Source: an uncultured Nitrospiraceae bacterium (lineage in GTDB: Bacteria > Nitrospirota > Nitrospiria > Nitrospirales > Nitrospiraceae). Taken from it: a stretch of DNA of 64,000 nucleotides. Positions 38,876 to 49,206 of this stretch are shown piece after piece. The stretch covers positions 1 through 64,000 of the forward strand of contig CAVSTP010000001.1 of NCBI GenBank assembly GCA_963730935.1, read 5' to 3'. Positions within the stretch are counted from its first letter, which is position 1. Every line of letters begins with the position of its first letter. The notes beneath the pieces are model-generated. The model saw nothing but the letters and a program-made list of their open reading frames with translations, searched no databases and was not told where the DNA came from. A program made the translations under genes and the position numbers.

Positions 38876-39836
38876 TCACCCCTCGACGGTCACCGTGATT
38901 TCGTGTATCCCGGACGCACCGTCGGGTGCTGCATCCTGCTCAGTGGGTGATTGAAGAGCGCCCGTGCCGTCGGTCGCTCGCACTGACAACGTATAGCCTC
39001 CGTTTTGTGGAACGATCCACTCATAGTGCCAAAAGACCCAGGATGCCGCGGATACCGGCACTTCGAGCGTGGCGTTGGTCCATGAGGCGCCCTCGTCGGT
39101 TCGAATCTCGACTGCAGAGATTCCTCTCGTACCGGCAAAGGCAAGGCCGGCCACCTTGTGGCGCAACCCTGTGAGAGTTGACCCGTGTCCAGGGACATCG
39201 ATGCGTGAGGTGGTCTTGATGATCGCTCGTCGGTCCAACCTTTCCTCGCGTAATATCCTTTATAGTCATGGTCGACGACCTCGATGTCCGTGAGCCACTG
39301 GACGCTCTTCATGCCGTAGTGGCCCGGCACGATCGTGCGTGCGGGAAACCCGTGGCTCTGCGGAAGAGCGACCCCGTTCATCTTGAATGCAACCATCACA
39401 TCTCCAGCCATCGCCCGAGTCAGGGAAATGCGGTCCGAATAGTCGTCGGCCGCTTGAAACACGACGTCAACGGCATCGGTCCTGACCCCCCGCCGCCTCG
39501 AGAAGTGACCGAAGTGAGCAGCCTTCCCAGTGGGCAGTCCCGATATACTCTCCGGCGACCGTATTCCCGACACATTCGAGCGTGACGACGTGCGAGACGG
39601 AGGGTCGGGCGCATAGCTGCTCATAGTCCAATGTCATGAATACGAACCGTGGGCGGGCTTCGATACGATGTGAGATAGAACTCTTCGTTCAGCGTAATCG
39701 GGGAGGTCAGCGTCGATACACGCCGGCCGAACCATTGCTCGAGCCACCCCGCAGACGACGGACGGATGCCTCCCAACAGCCAGGCAGTCGCAAGACTCCC
39801 AAGAAGCAGGACGCGGCGGCGTGACAAGTCAATCAT
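38876..39836 (-). pseudogene. Disrupted Tat-exported molybdopterin oxidoreductase (sulfite oxidase family)
   Basis: SRRRVL Tat signal, TLECVGN, HGFPAR, YGMKSVQWL and LSVRATDGTG are spread over several frames. Confidence 0.85.
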
Positions 39837-39905
39837 GACGGCGCAGCCTCATCTTATATCATCCACGGTTGAAACGGGCACTGTCGCACCACGCTGTGCG
39901 TCGGT

Positions 39906-41225
39906 TCACTGCCTTGCAACAACGACGGCCAGGTCTCGCACGACTCTTTCAGTTGCCCCCAGATGCTCCGCTACGACGCCCCGAGCCCGTTCTCCTATGA
40001 CTCTCGCCTGTTCCGGATCTGAGAGCAGCCGATCACAGGCAGCGAAGAGATCGTGTTCGGTTTCGGCTTGAATCGCGCCGCCGGCCTTGAGGAGCCATGC
40101 GGAGACATCCGGAAAATCGTGCATATCCGGGCCGAACAGCACCGGTTTTCCGCAGGCCGCCGGTTCAATCGGATTTTGCCCGCCTTGCGGCACGAAACTC
40201 CCTCCGACCACTGCGACATCGGCGAGAGCGTAAAGCCGGCTCAAATAGCCCATGCGATCGACCACGACGACCGGCGTAGAACGGTTCACCCGTGAGGCGA
40301 GCGTCGCCTCGGTACCGTCCTGCTGAAACAGCTGGAGGACCTCGAGGCCACGGTCTGGTCGGCGCGGTACGATGATCAGCCGAAGGGTGGGAAAGCGGCT
40401 TCTGAGGCGCAGAAAGCAAGAGCGGACGATCTCCTCCTCCCCACGATGGGTGCTGCCGGCTATCAGGATGCGCGAATCAGGAGAGACAAAGAATTCCTGT
40501 TGAAGCGCCGCCACGACAGTGGGATCTGGGACCGACGCGGCCACATCGAATTTCAGATTGCCGTGATGGCGCAGCCGATTCGGCGCAACCCCGACGGCCA
40601 GAAACCGCTCCGCCTCGCCGGCCGATTGCGGATAGATTCCGTCAAAGGTATTGAAAGACGACTGGAAGAGGAGACGTAGGCCGCGGTAGAGGCGGAACGA
40701 ATCGGGAGACAGGCGCCCGTTGACCAGGACACAGGGAATCTGTCTCCGGCGAACGTCGTCCAGGAATCCTGGCCAGATATCGGTTTCAACGAGGACGATC
40801 AGCGCCGGATCGACCGCGTCGAGGCACCGGTCGACCGCAAACGTCACATCGTAGGGAAAATAGAACATCCCGTCACAAAATCCGGAAAAACGATCTTGCG
40901 CCATCGCAAAGGCGGATGCGGTCGAAACCGAGAGATACAACGGCCGGTCCCCGAGTTCGAGCCGTAGACTCTGAATGAGACTGCCGGCCGAGAGCAGTTC
41001 TCCGATCGAGAGGGCATGGATCCACACCGGCTTCCTGGAGGATGGCTTCGACTGAGGGTATGGTTGCCATCCCAAGCGCTTGAAAAGGGTGGCACGGCGT
41101 TTTGCGCTGAAGATCCAGAGCGGAAACACGATCACGAACAGGACAATCGCGAGCGTGAAGGCCGCACGGTACAGTCTGAATAGCGTCCAGTGGCGCCAGC
41201 GACCTTGCAAGACGCCTCCCTTCAT
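39906..41225 (-). CDS. waaA: Kdo transferase
   Basis: WIHALSIGE, VETDIWP, NGRLS, GNLKFD, AGSTH, GGQNPIEPA. Confidence 0.94.
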   Translation of the reverse strand: MKGGVLQGRWRHWTLFRLYRAAFTLAIVLFVIVFPLWIFSAKRRATLFKRLGWQPYPQSKPSSRKPVWIHALSIGELLSAGSLIQSLRLELGDRPLYLSVSTASAFAMAQDRFSGFCDGMFYFPYDVTFAVDRCLDAVDPALIVLVETDIWPGFLDDVRRRQIPCVLVNGRLSPDSFRLYRGLRLLFQSSFNTFDGIYPQSAGEAERFLAVGVAPNRLRHHGNLKFDVAASVPDPTVVAALQQEFFVSPDSRILIAGSTHRGEEEIVRSCFLRLRSRFPTLRLIIVPRRPDRGLEVLQLFQQDGTEATLASRVNRSTPVVVVDRMGYLSRLYALADVAVVGGSFVPQGGQNPIEPAACGKPVLFGPDMHDFPDVSAWLLKAGGAIQAETEHDLFAACDRLLSDPEQARVIGERARGVVAEHLGATERVVRDLAVVVARQ

Positions 41226-42301
41226 GTCGAGGCATTAAGGGGTGCCGCCGCGACTTTCTCCATCACCGCATGCGTGACTTGATCCACAGTCAGGCGCTTC
41301 ATGCAAGCCCGTTCCTCATAGGCCGTGGTCAAGCACTGTTTCTTGAAGCAGGGACTACAGCTGAGATCGGCTCGGAGCACCACATGGCTTGGCCCGTACG
41401 GCCCCGTTCGCCAGGGTGCAGTGGGTCCGAAGAGGGCGATGACAGACGTTCCGACCGCTGCCGCGAGATGCATGGGGCCGCTGTCCGTCGTCACCACGAC
41501 CTGCGCGCGCCGGTAGAGGGCTGCCAGTTGGTTCAAACTGGTCTTTCCGTCGAGGCGCCGATGGCGACGCGTCATGAATCCGCCGATCTCATCGAGCGCC
41601 GGGCCATCCTGTGGGCCTCCCGTAAAGACGACGCAAATGCCTTCCCCCTCGAGTCGGTCTGCCAGCGCCGCAAACGACCGGGAGTCCCAGAGCTTCGTCG
41701 GCCAACGGGCCACGGGATTCATCGCGACCATCCGATCCTGTTCTCGCACACCGCACCCACGCAGCAGGGCTGCCGCCTCGGATTCATGCTGCGCCGATAC
41801 AGGGATCTCATAGCGAAGGTCCGCGGCAGGCACTCCAATGCCCTTCAGTAACAGCAGGCTTCTGTCGATAGCGTGCTGATTCATGTCCACCGCGGGTACT
41901 CGTTCGTTGAGCGCCAGGTAACTGTACTCCGCGTGCTCCATACCTTGGCCGAACCCTGCTTTGCGCACTCCCCGGGCCAAAACCACCCACATGGCGCTCT
42001 TGAGGAGGCCTTGGAAATCGATCACGAGATCGTAGCGCGTGTCCCTCAGCTCTCGGACGAATCCCAGGAATCCGGAGAGCCCGCGGGGGACGCGGCCGGA
42101 ACGCAGGTCCTTCAGCCAGGTTTTTCGACGGGCCACCAAAACGCGGTTAACGGCCGGATGGCCGATGACGAGATCGGCGGCCGATTCTTCCACGAGCCAG
42201 GTGATCTGCGCTTCGGGAAAGTGAGCGCGCAGCGACCAGAGCGACGGGAGTGTATGAATGACATCTCCTATGGCGCTGGTTTTGACGATCAGGATGTTCA
42301 C
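41222..42301 (-). CDS. Lipopolysaccharide heptosyltransferase (GT9, WaaC/WaaF-like)
   Basis: KTSAIGDVIH, DFQGLLKS, TKLW, DSGPMHLAAA, LFGPT. Confidence 0.92.
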   Translation of the reverse strand: MNILIVKTSAIGDVIHTLPSLWSLRAHFPEAQITWLVEESAADLVIGHPAVNRVLVARRKTWLKDLRSGRVPRGLSGFLGFVRELRDTRYDLVIDFQGLLKSAMWVVLARGVRKAGFGQGMEHAEYSYLALNERVPAVDMNQHAIDRSLLLLKGIGVPAADLRYEIPVSAQHESEAAALLRGCGVREQDRMVAMNPVARWPTKLWDSRSFAALADRLEGEGICVVFTGGPQDGPALDEIGGFMTRRHRRLDGKTSLNQLAALYRRAQVVVTTDSGPMHLAAAVGTSVIALFGPTAPWRTGPYGPSHVVLRADLSCSPCFKKQCLTTAYEERACMKRLTVDQVTHAVMEKVAAAPLNAST

Positions 42302-42377
42302 TGGTCGGATCAGACTCCCTGAGGACGCGCGGGCTGTGGTGGCGTCATCGATAGAGGCGGCAGGCGTCGAGAGGCGC

Positions 42378-43451
42378 TTACATCTTCTCGTATAACGAGC
42401 GGATCTTGTCGCGGGTAATCAGCTGCTTCCAATTCTCTCCAAGCGCGTTCTTCCACAAAGGTTCAAGCCCAAGCGCCGTATCGATCATCTTGCTCATGCC
42501 GGGTTCGTCGATCCCCTTGGTCACGCCCGTCGGCAGGTCGATCCGGTTCTTCCGGATCATCTGCTCGAATTCGCGCACATCGCGTCCGTAGTACTCGTCC
42601 AATTGGTTGAAGACGATGCAATTCCCCACGCCGTGCCTCACGCCGAGCACGTACGAGAGGCCGTACGACAGCGCGTGACAGACACCGACTTGAGAGTAGG
42701 CGATGCTCAATCCGCCAAAGTAGGACGCTACCATCAATCGCTCATCGGCAACGATACTGTCCAAGTTGTTCAGGAAGACGTCGCGGCAGATGTCACGGGC
42801 GCTCTCGGCGAAGGCACGGCTGAACTCGTTGATGAACGTCCCCTGGAGTGACTCGCAGGAGTGGATGTAGCAGTCCATCGCCGTAAAGAACCGCTGGTTC
42901 GATGGGACGCTGGCGATAAGGTCGGGGTCCATGACAATCTGGTCAAAGGGAGTAAAATCCGAATTGATGCCCAGTTTCTTGACCGGTCCCGTCAGGACGG
43001 CCGTGCGAGAAACTTCTGCCCCGCTGCCGGCCAGCGTGGGAATGCCCACATGGAAGATGGCCGGATACTTCACGAGGTCCCACCCCTGGTAGTCGGCTGC
43101 GGAGCCAGGATTGGTCAGCATGATCGACACGGACTTGGCTAGATCCATGGCGCTGCCGCCGCCGATTCCGACGATTGCATCTGGTTGCCGGTTCGAAAAC
43201 GCCTTGACCCGTTCGGTGAGTTCATCGACGTATTGCGTCTTAGGCTCCGTCCCGACGTCGACGAGGATCACGAGGTCGTTCGCACGCAGCGGCAGTTTCT
43301 CGAGGAACGCACGCTTCTCATGGACGCTGTCGATTAGAAACACGACCGGCGAGCCGGCATCGGTGCGTTGTTTGGTGAGAATGTCGCCCAACTGATTGAT
43401 GCTGCCCCGTCCGTAGATCAGTTGAGGGACCAGACGCAGATTTCGATACAT
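42378..43451 (-). CDS. kdnB: Kdo 8-oxidase KdnB (iron-containing alcohol dehydrogenase family)
   Basis: EPKT, GGGSAMD, YQGWDLVK, KKLGINSD, DCYIH, SQVGVCHALSYG; located beside kdnA and kdsB. Confidence 0.85.
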   Translation of the reverse strand: MYRNLRLVPQLIYGRGSINQLGDILTKQRTDAGSPVVFLIDSVHEKRAFLEKLPLRANDLVILVDVGTEPKTQYVDELTERVKAFSNRQPDAIVGIGGGSAMDLAKSVSIMLTNPGSAADYQGWDLVKYPAIFHVGIPTLAGSGAEVSRTAVLTGPVKKLGINSDFTPFDQIVMDPDLIASVPSNQRFFTAMDCYIHSCESLQGTFINEFSRAFAESARDICRDVFLNNLDSIVADERLMVASYFGGLSIAYSQVGVCHALSYGLSYVLGVRHGVGNCIVFNQLDEYYGRDVREFEQMIRKNRIDLPTGVTKGIDEPGMSKMIDTALGLEPLWKNALGENWKQLITRDKIRSLYEKM

Positions 43452-43478
43452 GCGATTGCCTTCACGCTTCACAAGAGA

Positions 43479-44237
43479 TTACCGAAACGGAAACCGTTCT
43501 GTCACGACCTGTTCAAACTCGACCGCCTGTTCGGGGGTGTCGATCTCGATCAACACTTCCTTGGTCACTCCGATTTTGATCCGATGCCCGCGTTCCATGG
43601 CGCGCAGCATCTCGAGCTTCTCGACCTGTTCGAGCCTGCCCGGCGGCAGGGTGCAGAACAGCTCGAGGAATGACGCCGTGTAGGCGTACAGTCCGAGATG
43701 AATGAGCACCGGGATGCCGGCAGCCAGTTCGGCGTCGAATGCCCCATGCGTATCGCGCAAGTACGGGATGGGCGACCGTGAAAAATAGACCGCATAGCCC
43801 TTGTCGTCACACACGAGCTTGACGTGATTCGGATTGCGGTAATCCTTATCGTAACGCAGCGGCGTGCCCAGTGTCGCCATCTCGGTATCCCGTTGAATCA
43901 GTTCAACCAATTGCCGGATCTGCCCGCCCGTCACGAGTGGTTCGTCGGCCTGGACATTGACCACGTACTTGGCCTTCAGTCGACGGTTGGCTTCGGCGAT
44001 CCGGTCGGTACCGCAGGTATGGGCCGGATCGGTCATGATGGCGTCATAACCCTCCCGACGAAGCACGTCGGCCAGGGATTCATGATCCACGGCGAAATAC
44101 AGTGGAAACTCCGGTGCCTCTTTTTTGATGCGGTCGGCCGTCCAGACAATGACGGGTTTGTCTTTGATCCGGTGCAGCAGTTTCTTCGGGAAGCGCGTCG
44201 AGCCGATACGGGCCGGGACGATAATGGCGGCGTCCAT
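43479..44237 (-). CDS. kdsB: CMP-Kdo synthetase
   Basis: PARIGSTRFPKK, GTDRIAE, NVQADEP, YFSRSPIP, HLGLYAY, EKLEMLR. Confidence 0.94.
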   Translation of the reverse strand: MDAAIIVPARIGSTRFPKKLLHRIKDKPVIVWTADRIKKEAPEFPLYFAVDHESLADVLRREGYDAIMTDPAHTCGTDRIAEANRRLKAKYVVNVQADEPLVTGGQIRQLVELIQRDTEMATLGTPLRYDKDYRNPNHVKLVCDDKGYAVYFSRSPIPYLRDTHGAFDAELAAGIPVLIHLGLYAYTASFLELFCTLPPGRLEQVEKLEMLRAMERGHRIKIGVTKEVLIEIDTPEQAVEFEQVVTERFPFR

Positions 44238-44272
44238 CAAGTTCTGCTTTCGATTGGCCAACGGAGACGGGG

Positions 44273-45457
44273 TCAGGCCAAAGCGGATTTCATTCGCGCG
44301 AGTCTATCACGCACCTGCTCCGGCGTCCACCGCAGTTTGACCAACATGGAAATGGTCCGGCTCATGAACGCGTCGGACTGCGGCAACTCGATCTTCGTGA
44401 GATCGGTCCCGTATCCAAAGCGGTCAATGGGCAGCCGCCCGGGTGATGCCAGGGTCTTAATGTGGTCCCATTTCCGGTGGTAGTGCCAATTGTTGTCGTA
44501 CCAGTAAAAGCATCCGTCGACGCCCGCGGCTGCCAGCGCCTTGGCGGCCTGCCGCGCCTCATCCTCGGTGGGCAATAGGAAACTCAGAAAGGTGGCCGAA
44601 TCACCGGCTGGATCGGGCAAGGTCCGAAACTCGAGACGGCGAAGGCCTGTAAGCCCCTCTTTGAGGATGGCTTTGTGGCGGCGCTGCACTTCCAGGATAT
44701 GGTCCAATCGGGCGAGTTGCGCCACACCGACCGCCGCATGAAGCTCGCTGAGTCTGTAGTTGATGCCGATGTGCGGATGTTGGTCGGCCCCTCGATCGGC
44801 GCCGAGATGATCGTGGCCGTGATCGGTGAAGGCTTGCGCCAGGCGATAGGCCTCCTCGTCGTCGGTGAGGATGGCCCCACCTTCACCACACGTGATAGTT
44901 TTGACATAGTCGAAAGAAAAACATCCCACCTTCCCGAAGGTTCCCAACGTTCGCCCGCGAAACGCCGCTCCGGCCGCCTGGGCCACGTCTTCGATCAGCG
45001 TGAGGTGATGTCTGCGGCAGACGTCTTCGAGCGCGTCGATTTGCGCCATGGCACCGCACATGTGTACGACCAGGACGGCCTTCGTTTTTGGCGTGATGGC
45101 CCTCTGCACTGACTGCGGATCCAGACACAGCGTCTGGTCAATCTCCGCAAAGACAGGGACGGCGCCCGCGAGCAGGACAGTTTCCAGATCGGCGACGAAG
45201 GTAAACGGGGGAAGGATGACTTCGTCGCCCGCTCCGACACCGCAGGCCGCCAGTGCCGTGCTGAGGGCTGCGGTGCCGCTTGAGCAGACATGGGCATAGC
45301 GGGCTCCAAACCGCACCGCCAATCGCTGTTCGAGTTCGCGGCATTTCCATTGGCCGTTTCTGGCCCCGTCGAAGCCGTAGCGCATCAACACGCCCGAGTC
45401 GAGCACTTCCTGAACTTGCCGTCGTTCGTCTTCCCCGATCAATTCAAATCCCGGCAT
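44273..45457 (-). CDS. kdnA: Kdo8N transaminase KdnA (DegT family)
   Basis: MPGFELIG...GVLMRYGF N-terminus; FSFDYVKTITCGEGG (PLP Lys); DHGHDH; WYDNNWHY. Confidence 0.85.
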   Translation of the reverse strand: MPGFELIGEDERRQVQEVLDSGVLMRYGFDGARNGQWKCRELEQRLAVRFGARYAHVCSSGTAALSTALAACGVGAGDEVILPPFTFVADLETVLLAGAVPVFAEIDQTLCLDPQSVQRAITPKTKAVLVVHMCGAMAQIDALEDVCRRHHLTLIEDVAQAAGAAFRGRTLGTFGKVGCFSFDYVKTITCGEGGAILTDDEEAYRLAQAFTDHGHDHLGADRGADQHPHIGINYRLSELHAAVGVAQLARLDHILEVQRRHKAILKEGLTGLRRLEFRTLPDPAGDSATFLSFLLPTEDEARQAAKALAAAGVDGCFYWYDNNWHYHRKWDHIKTLASPGRLPIDRFGYGTDLTKIELPQSDAFMSRTISMLVKLRWTPEQVRDRLARMKSALA

Positions 45458-45469
45458 CGTGTTCCTCTA

Positions 45470-46024
45470 TTACAGTGCTCCAGCAGCTTGCGCTTCTTTG
45501 ACAAATGACGCGATGCAGTCCCGGACGCCGTGCTCGATCAGCGAGCCGCTTTTCATCCAGTCTTTGACTTGCTGGTGCTCCGACCGGCAGGAGGTCGTGA
45601 ACCCCGGAGCTCCCTCGCGCGCGACCAGGAACGTGGTCTCGATCTTGAACAGTTGATCGTGCTGGCCGACATAATCGAGATAAAACTGCTCGATGTTGCC
45701 TGAGACGGCTCTTGATGAGTCCGGCCCGGGTTCGTAACCCGCGAGGACCAACTCCTTCGTGAGCGCAGCGGCGAAAAACTCACCGATGTCCTGCGAGAGA
45801 AACAGGACCTCGGGGTCCTTCTGGCCCGATTCCACTTCCTTTTGTCGCATGAGGCCGGTCGGATGCCCGGCATAGGTGAAGACACTCACTCGAACAGGCC
45901 CGCTGCCTTTGAGCGATGCCGAAGGCTGATAATCCAAATACAACACGCGCGGACAGCCGGTCAGCACCGTCACAGCTACGAGGGCAGCGGAGATCCGTTG
46001 GACCATCAGACAATGTGAGGTCAT
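45470..46024 (-). CDS. Hypothetical lipoprotein
   Basis: LTG-C lipobox; TTGACA-N17-TAGGCT promoter upstream. Confidence 0.7.
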   Translation of the reverse strand: MTSHCLMVQRISAALVAVTVLTGCPRVLYLDYQPSASLKGSGPVRVSVFTYAGHPTGLMRQKEVESGQKDPEVLFLSQDIGEFFAAALTKELVLAGYEPGPDSSRAVSGNIEQFYLDYVGQHDQLFKIETTFLVAREGAPGFTTSCRSEHQQVKDWMKSGSLIEHGVRDCIASFVKEAQAAGAL

Positions 46025-46110
46025 GCGAGTCGGCTGTGTCGAAGCCTACGGAGAGAGACGCCATCTGTCAATAGCGAATGGCATAGGTGAGAAGGGGAGA
46101 CCCGCTGACA

Positions 46111-49100
46111 TTATTGAGGGAGGGGTTTGGCTTCGACCCGGTGAGGGTGCCGCCGCAGGAAACGTAGGCGTATCCGGTCGAGATAGAGATAGACCACGGG
46201 CGTCGTGTAGAGCGTCAACAACTGGCTCACCAGGAGACCGCCCACGATGGCAATGCCAAGCGGCCGGCGTAGCTCGGAGCCGACTCCGGTGCCTAGCGCC
46301 AGCGGCAGGGCGCCAAACAGCGCGGCCATGGTCGTCATCATGATGGGTCTGAAGCGCAGCAGGCAGGCCTCGAAGATCGCCTGGTCCGGCTGCTTGCCTT
46401 CTTTCCGCTCGGCGTCTAACGCAAAGTCGATCATCATGATGGCGTTTTTCTTCACGATGCCGATCAAGAGAATGATGCCGATCAAGGCAATCATGCTCAA
46501 TTCGGTCTTGAATAGCAGGAGTGCTAGCAACGCGCCCACCCCGGCGGACGGCAACGTGGATAGAATCGTCAATGGATGGACGTAGCTCTCGTAGAGGATG
46601 CCCAGCACGATATAGACGGTGACCAGCGCCGCGAGAATAAGAATCGGCTGGTTGCCAAGCGAGGACTGAAAGGCCCTCGCTGTTCCTTGAAAGCTGCCTC
46701 GCACACCGTCAGGAAGGCCGATTTCGTTCATTGCTCGCTCGATTGCTGCGACGGCGTCACCAAGAGACAATCCCGGCGCGATCGCAAAAGACAGCGTGAC
46801 TCCCGGGAATTGACCATGATGATTGACCGACAAGATCGTATTTGACGGTTCGAACCGCGCCACCGCGCTCAGCGGGATCTGCGCTCCGGTCTGCGAGCGC
46901 ACGTAAATGTCATGCAGCGTGGCGGGATCTTGCCAGTACTGGGGGGCGACTTCCATCACCACATGGTATTGATTGAGCGGCGTATACAGGATGGCCACCT
47001 GGCGTTGCCCGAAGGCATCGTACAGCGTGTCGTCGATGAGTTGGGGACTTACCCCGAGCCGCGACGCCGTCAGTCGGTCGAAGACCACCAGCGACTGCTG
47101 TCCTTTGTCCTGCTGGTCGCTGTTCACATCGGTAATCTCCGGGAGCATCCGCAAATGACGTTCCACTTTGGGAGCCCAGGTGTTCAATTCGGCAAGGTCC
47201 ACGCTCTGCAGCGTATACTGGTATTGAGCGCTGCTTGCCCGGCCGCCGATGCGCAAATCCTGGATCGCTTGTAGCACGGTCGGCGCTCCCGGAACTTGCG
47301 CGAGCTTCGGACGCAGCCGTGCTATGACCTGGTCCACACTTAGCCGCCGTTCATGAAGCGGCTTGAGGCCGATGAACATCCGGGCGGAATTCGTGCTCCC
47401 TGGTCCGCTGAATCCCGTCACCGTCTCGACGGCTGGGTCGTTACTGATGATATTCAGCACTTCTGTCAATTTCTGGCGAATGACGGCAAAGGAAATGTCC
47501 TCCGCAGCCTGAATAGACCCGGAAATGCGGCCGGTATCCTGTTGAGGGAAAAAGCCCTTGGGAATGATGGTATAGAGATACACACTCAGTACCATCGTCC
47601 CGAGGGTCAAAGCCAGCATGCTGCCGGGATGATGGAGAACCCATCCCAAGCTGCGTGCATACCCGTTTCGCATGCCGTTAAACATCCGCTCGCTCACACG
47701 ATACCACCGTCCGTGAGTGCGACTGGCTTGGAGTGTTAATACCCTGGCGCACATCATGGGGGTGGTAGTAAGTGAGACGACTAGCGACATCAGAATCGCG
47801 ACCGACAGCGTCACGGCAAATTCTCGAAACAGCCGTCCCATCATGCCGCCCATGAACAGGATCGGTACGAAGACGGCCACCAGCGAAAGCGTCATCGAGA
47901 GGACGGTGAAGGTGATTTCCCGGGCGCCCCGAACGGCGGCTTCGAGCGGGGCCATGCCCTGTTCACGGTACCGGCTGATATTTTCCAGGACGACGATCGC
48001 GTCGTCGACCACGAATCCCGTGGCGATGGTCAACGCCATGAGCGACAGATTATCGAGACTGTACCCAATGAGGTACATGACGGCGAACGTGCTGATCAAG
48101 GACACCGGTACTACGACCGAGGGTATCAGCGTCGCGCGCACGTCCCGAAGGAAAAAGAACACAACGAGGATCACGAGAAGCACCGAGATGGCAAGCGTCC
48201 GTTCCACATCGTGCAGCGATGCCCGAATCACCGGTGTGCGGTCCACCACCACGGCGAGGCTCATGCTTCCGGGGATCGAGGCTTCCAGTTGAGGCAGTAA
48301 AGCCCGGACGCGATCGGCGGTTGCAATGATGTTGGCTCCCGGTTGACGGTTAATGACGAGCAGAACCGCGGGGATCCCGTTCGCGAGCCCTGTCGTCCGG
48401 ACGTCTTCGACTGAATGCTCGACGGTCGCAATGTCCGAAAGCCTTACCGCCCGGCCCTCGCGATAGCTCACGATCAAAGGAAGATAATCCTCTACTGCTT
48501 GCAATTGATCGTTGACCTTGATTTCCCAAGTGCGGGTCGCATCGCTGAGCTGCCCTTTGGGGCGGTTCACATTCGTTCGACTCAGGACCTGCCGCACTTC
48601 GCCCAATCCGATGCCGTACTTGTTCAGCGCCGTTGGGTTAAGGTCGACGCGCACGGCAGGGAGCGAGCCACCGCCCACGTGTACCAGCCCCACACCGTCG
48701 ATTTGGGCCAGTTTCTGTTGGAGGATACTCGTGGCCACGTCGTACATGTGGCCTCGGCTCACGATGTCCGAGGTCAGCGACAGAATTAAGATGGGCGCAT
48801 CGGCCGGATTCACCTTCCAATAACGCGGGTTGCCCGGCAGGGCTGCAGGGAGATCGGCTTTCGCGGCCGCGATGGCGGCCTGAACGTCCCGTGCGGCGCC
48901 GTTGATGTCGCGGCTCAGATCAAATTGAAGCGTGATCGTTGTTGAACCAAGTGAACTCCCTGAGGTCATCTCCGTGACGCCTGCTATCCGTGTAAATTGA
49001 CGCTCGAGGGGAGCCGCCACCGATGTCGCCATGGTTTCGGGGCTGGCTCCAGGAAGGTTGGCGCTAACGTTGATGGTTGGAAACTCCACCTGAGGGAGCG

Positions 49101-49206
49101 CGGCGACGGGAAGAAAACGGAATGCGACGATGCCCACGAGCGTGACGCCGATCGTCAGGAGGGTGGTCGCGACAGGCCGATGAATAAAGGTCGCCGTAAT
49201 ATTCAT
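46111..49206 (-). CDS. mdtC: RND efflux permease MdtC-like
   Basis: [51 protein letters not shown]. Confidence 0.9.
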   Translation of the reverse strand: MNITATFIHRPVATTLLTIGVTLVGIVAFRFLPVAALPQVEFPTINVSANLPGASPETMATSVAAPLERQFTRIAGVTEMTSGSSLGSTTITLQFDLSRDINGAARDVQAAIAAAKADLPAALPGNPRYWKVNPADAPILILSLTSDIVSRGHMYDVATSILQQKLAQIDGVGLVHVGGGSLPAVRVDLNPTALNKYGIGLGEVRQVLSRTNVNRPKGQLSDATRTWEIKVNDQLQAVEDYLPLIVSYREGRAVRLSDIATVEHSVEDVRTTGLANGIPAVLLVINRQPGANIIATADRVRALLPQLEASIPGSMSLAVVVDRTPVIRASLHDVERTLAISVLLVILVVFFFLRDVRATLIPSVVVPVSLISTFAVMYLIGYSLDNLSLMALTIATGFVVDDAIVVLENISRYREQGMAPLEAAVRGAREITFTVLSMTLSLVAVFVPILFMGGMMGRLFREFAVTLSVAILMSLVVSLTTTPMMCARVLTLQASRTHGRWYRVSERMFNGMRNGYARSLGWVLHHPGSMLALTLGTMVLSVYLYTIIPKGFFPQQDTGRISGSIQAAEDISFAVIRQKLTEVLNIISNDPAVETVTGFSGPGSTNSARMFIGLKPLHERRLSVDQVIARLRPKLAQVPGAPTVLQAIQDLRIGGRASSAQYQYTLQSVDLAELNTWAPKVERHLRMLPEITDVNSDQQDKGQQSLVVFDRLTASRLGVSPQLIDDTLYDAFGQRQVAILYTPLNQYHVVMEVAPQYWQDPATLHDIYVRSQTGAQIPLSAVARFEPSNTILSVNHHGQFPGVTLSFAIAPGLSLGDAVAAIERAMNEIGLPDGVRGSFQGTARAFQSSLGNQPILILAALVTVYIVLGILYESYVHPLTILSTLPSAGVGALLALLLFKTELSMIALIGIILLIGIVKKNAIMMIDFALDAERKEGKQPDQAIFEACLLRFRPIMMTTMAALFGALPLALGTGVGSELRRPLGIAIVGGLLVSQLLTLYTTPVVYLYLDRIRLRFLRRHPHRVEAKPLPQ

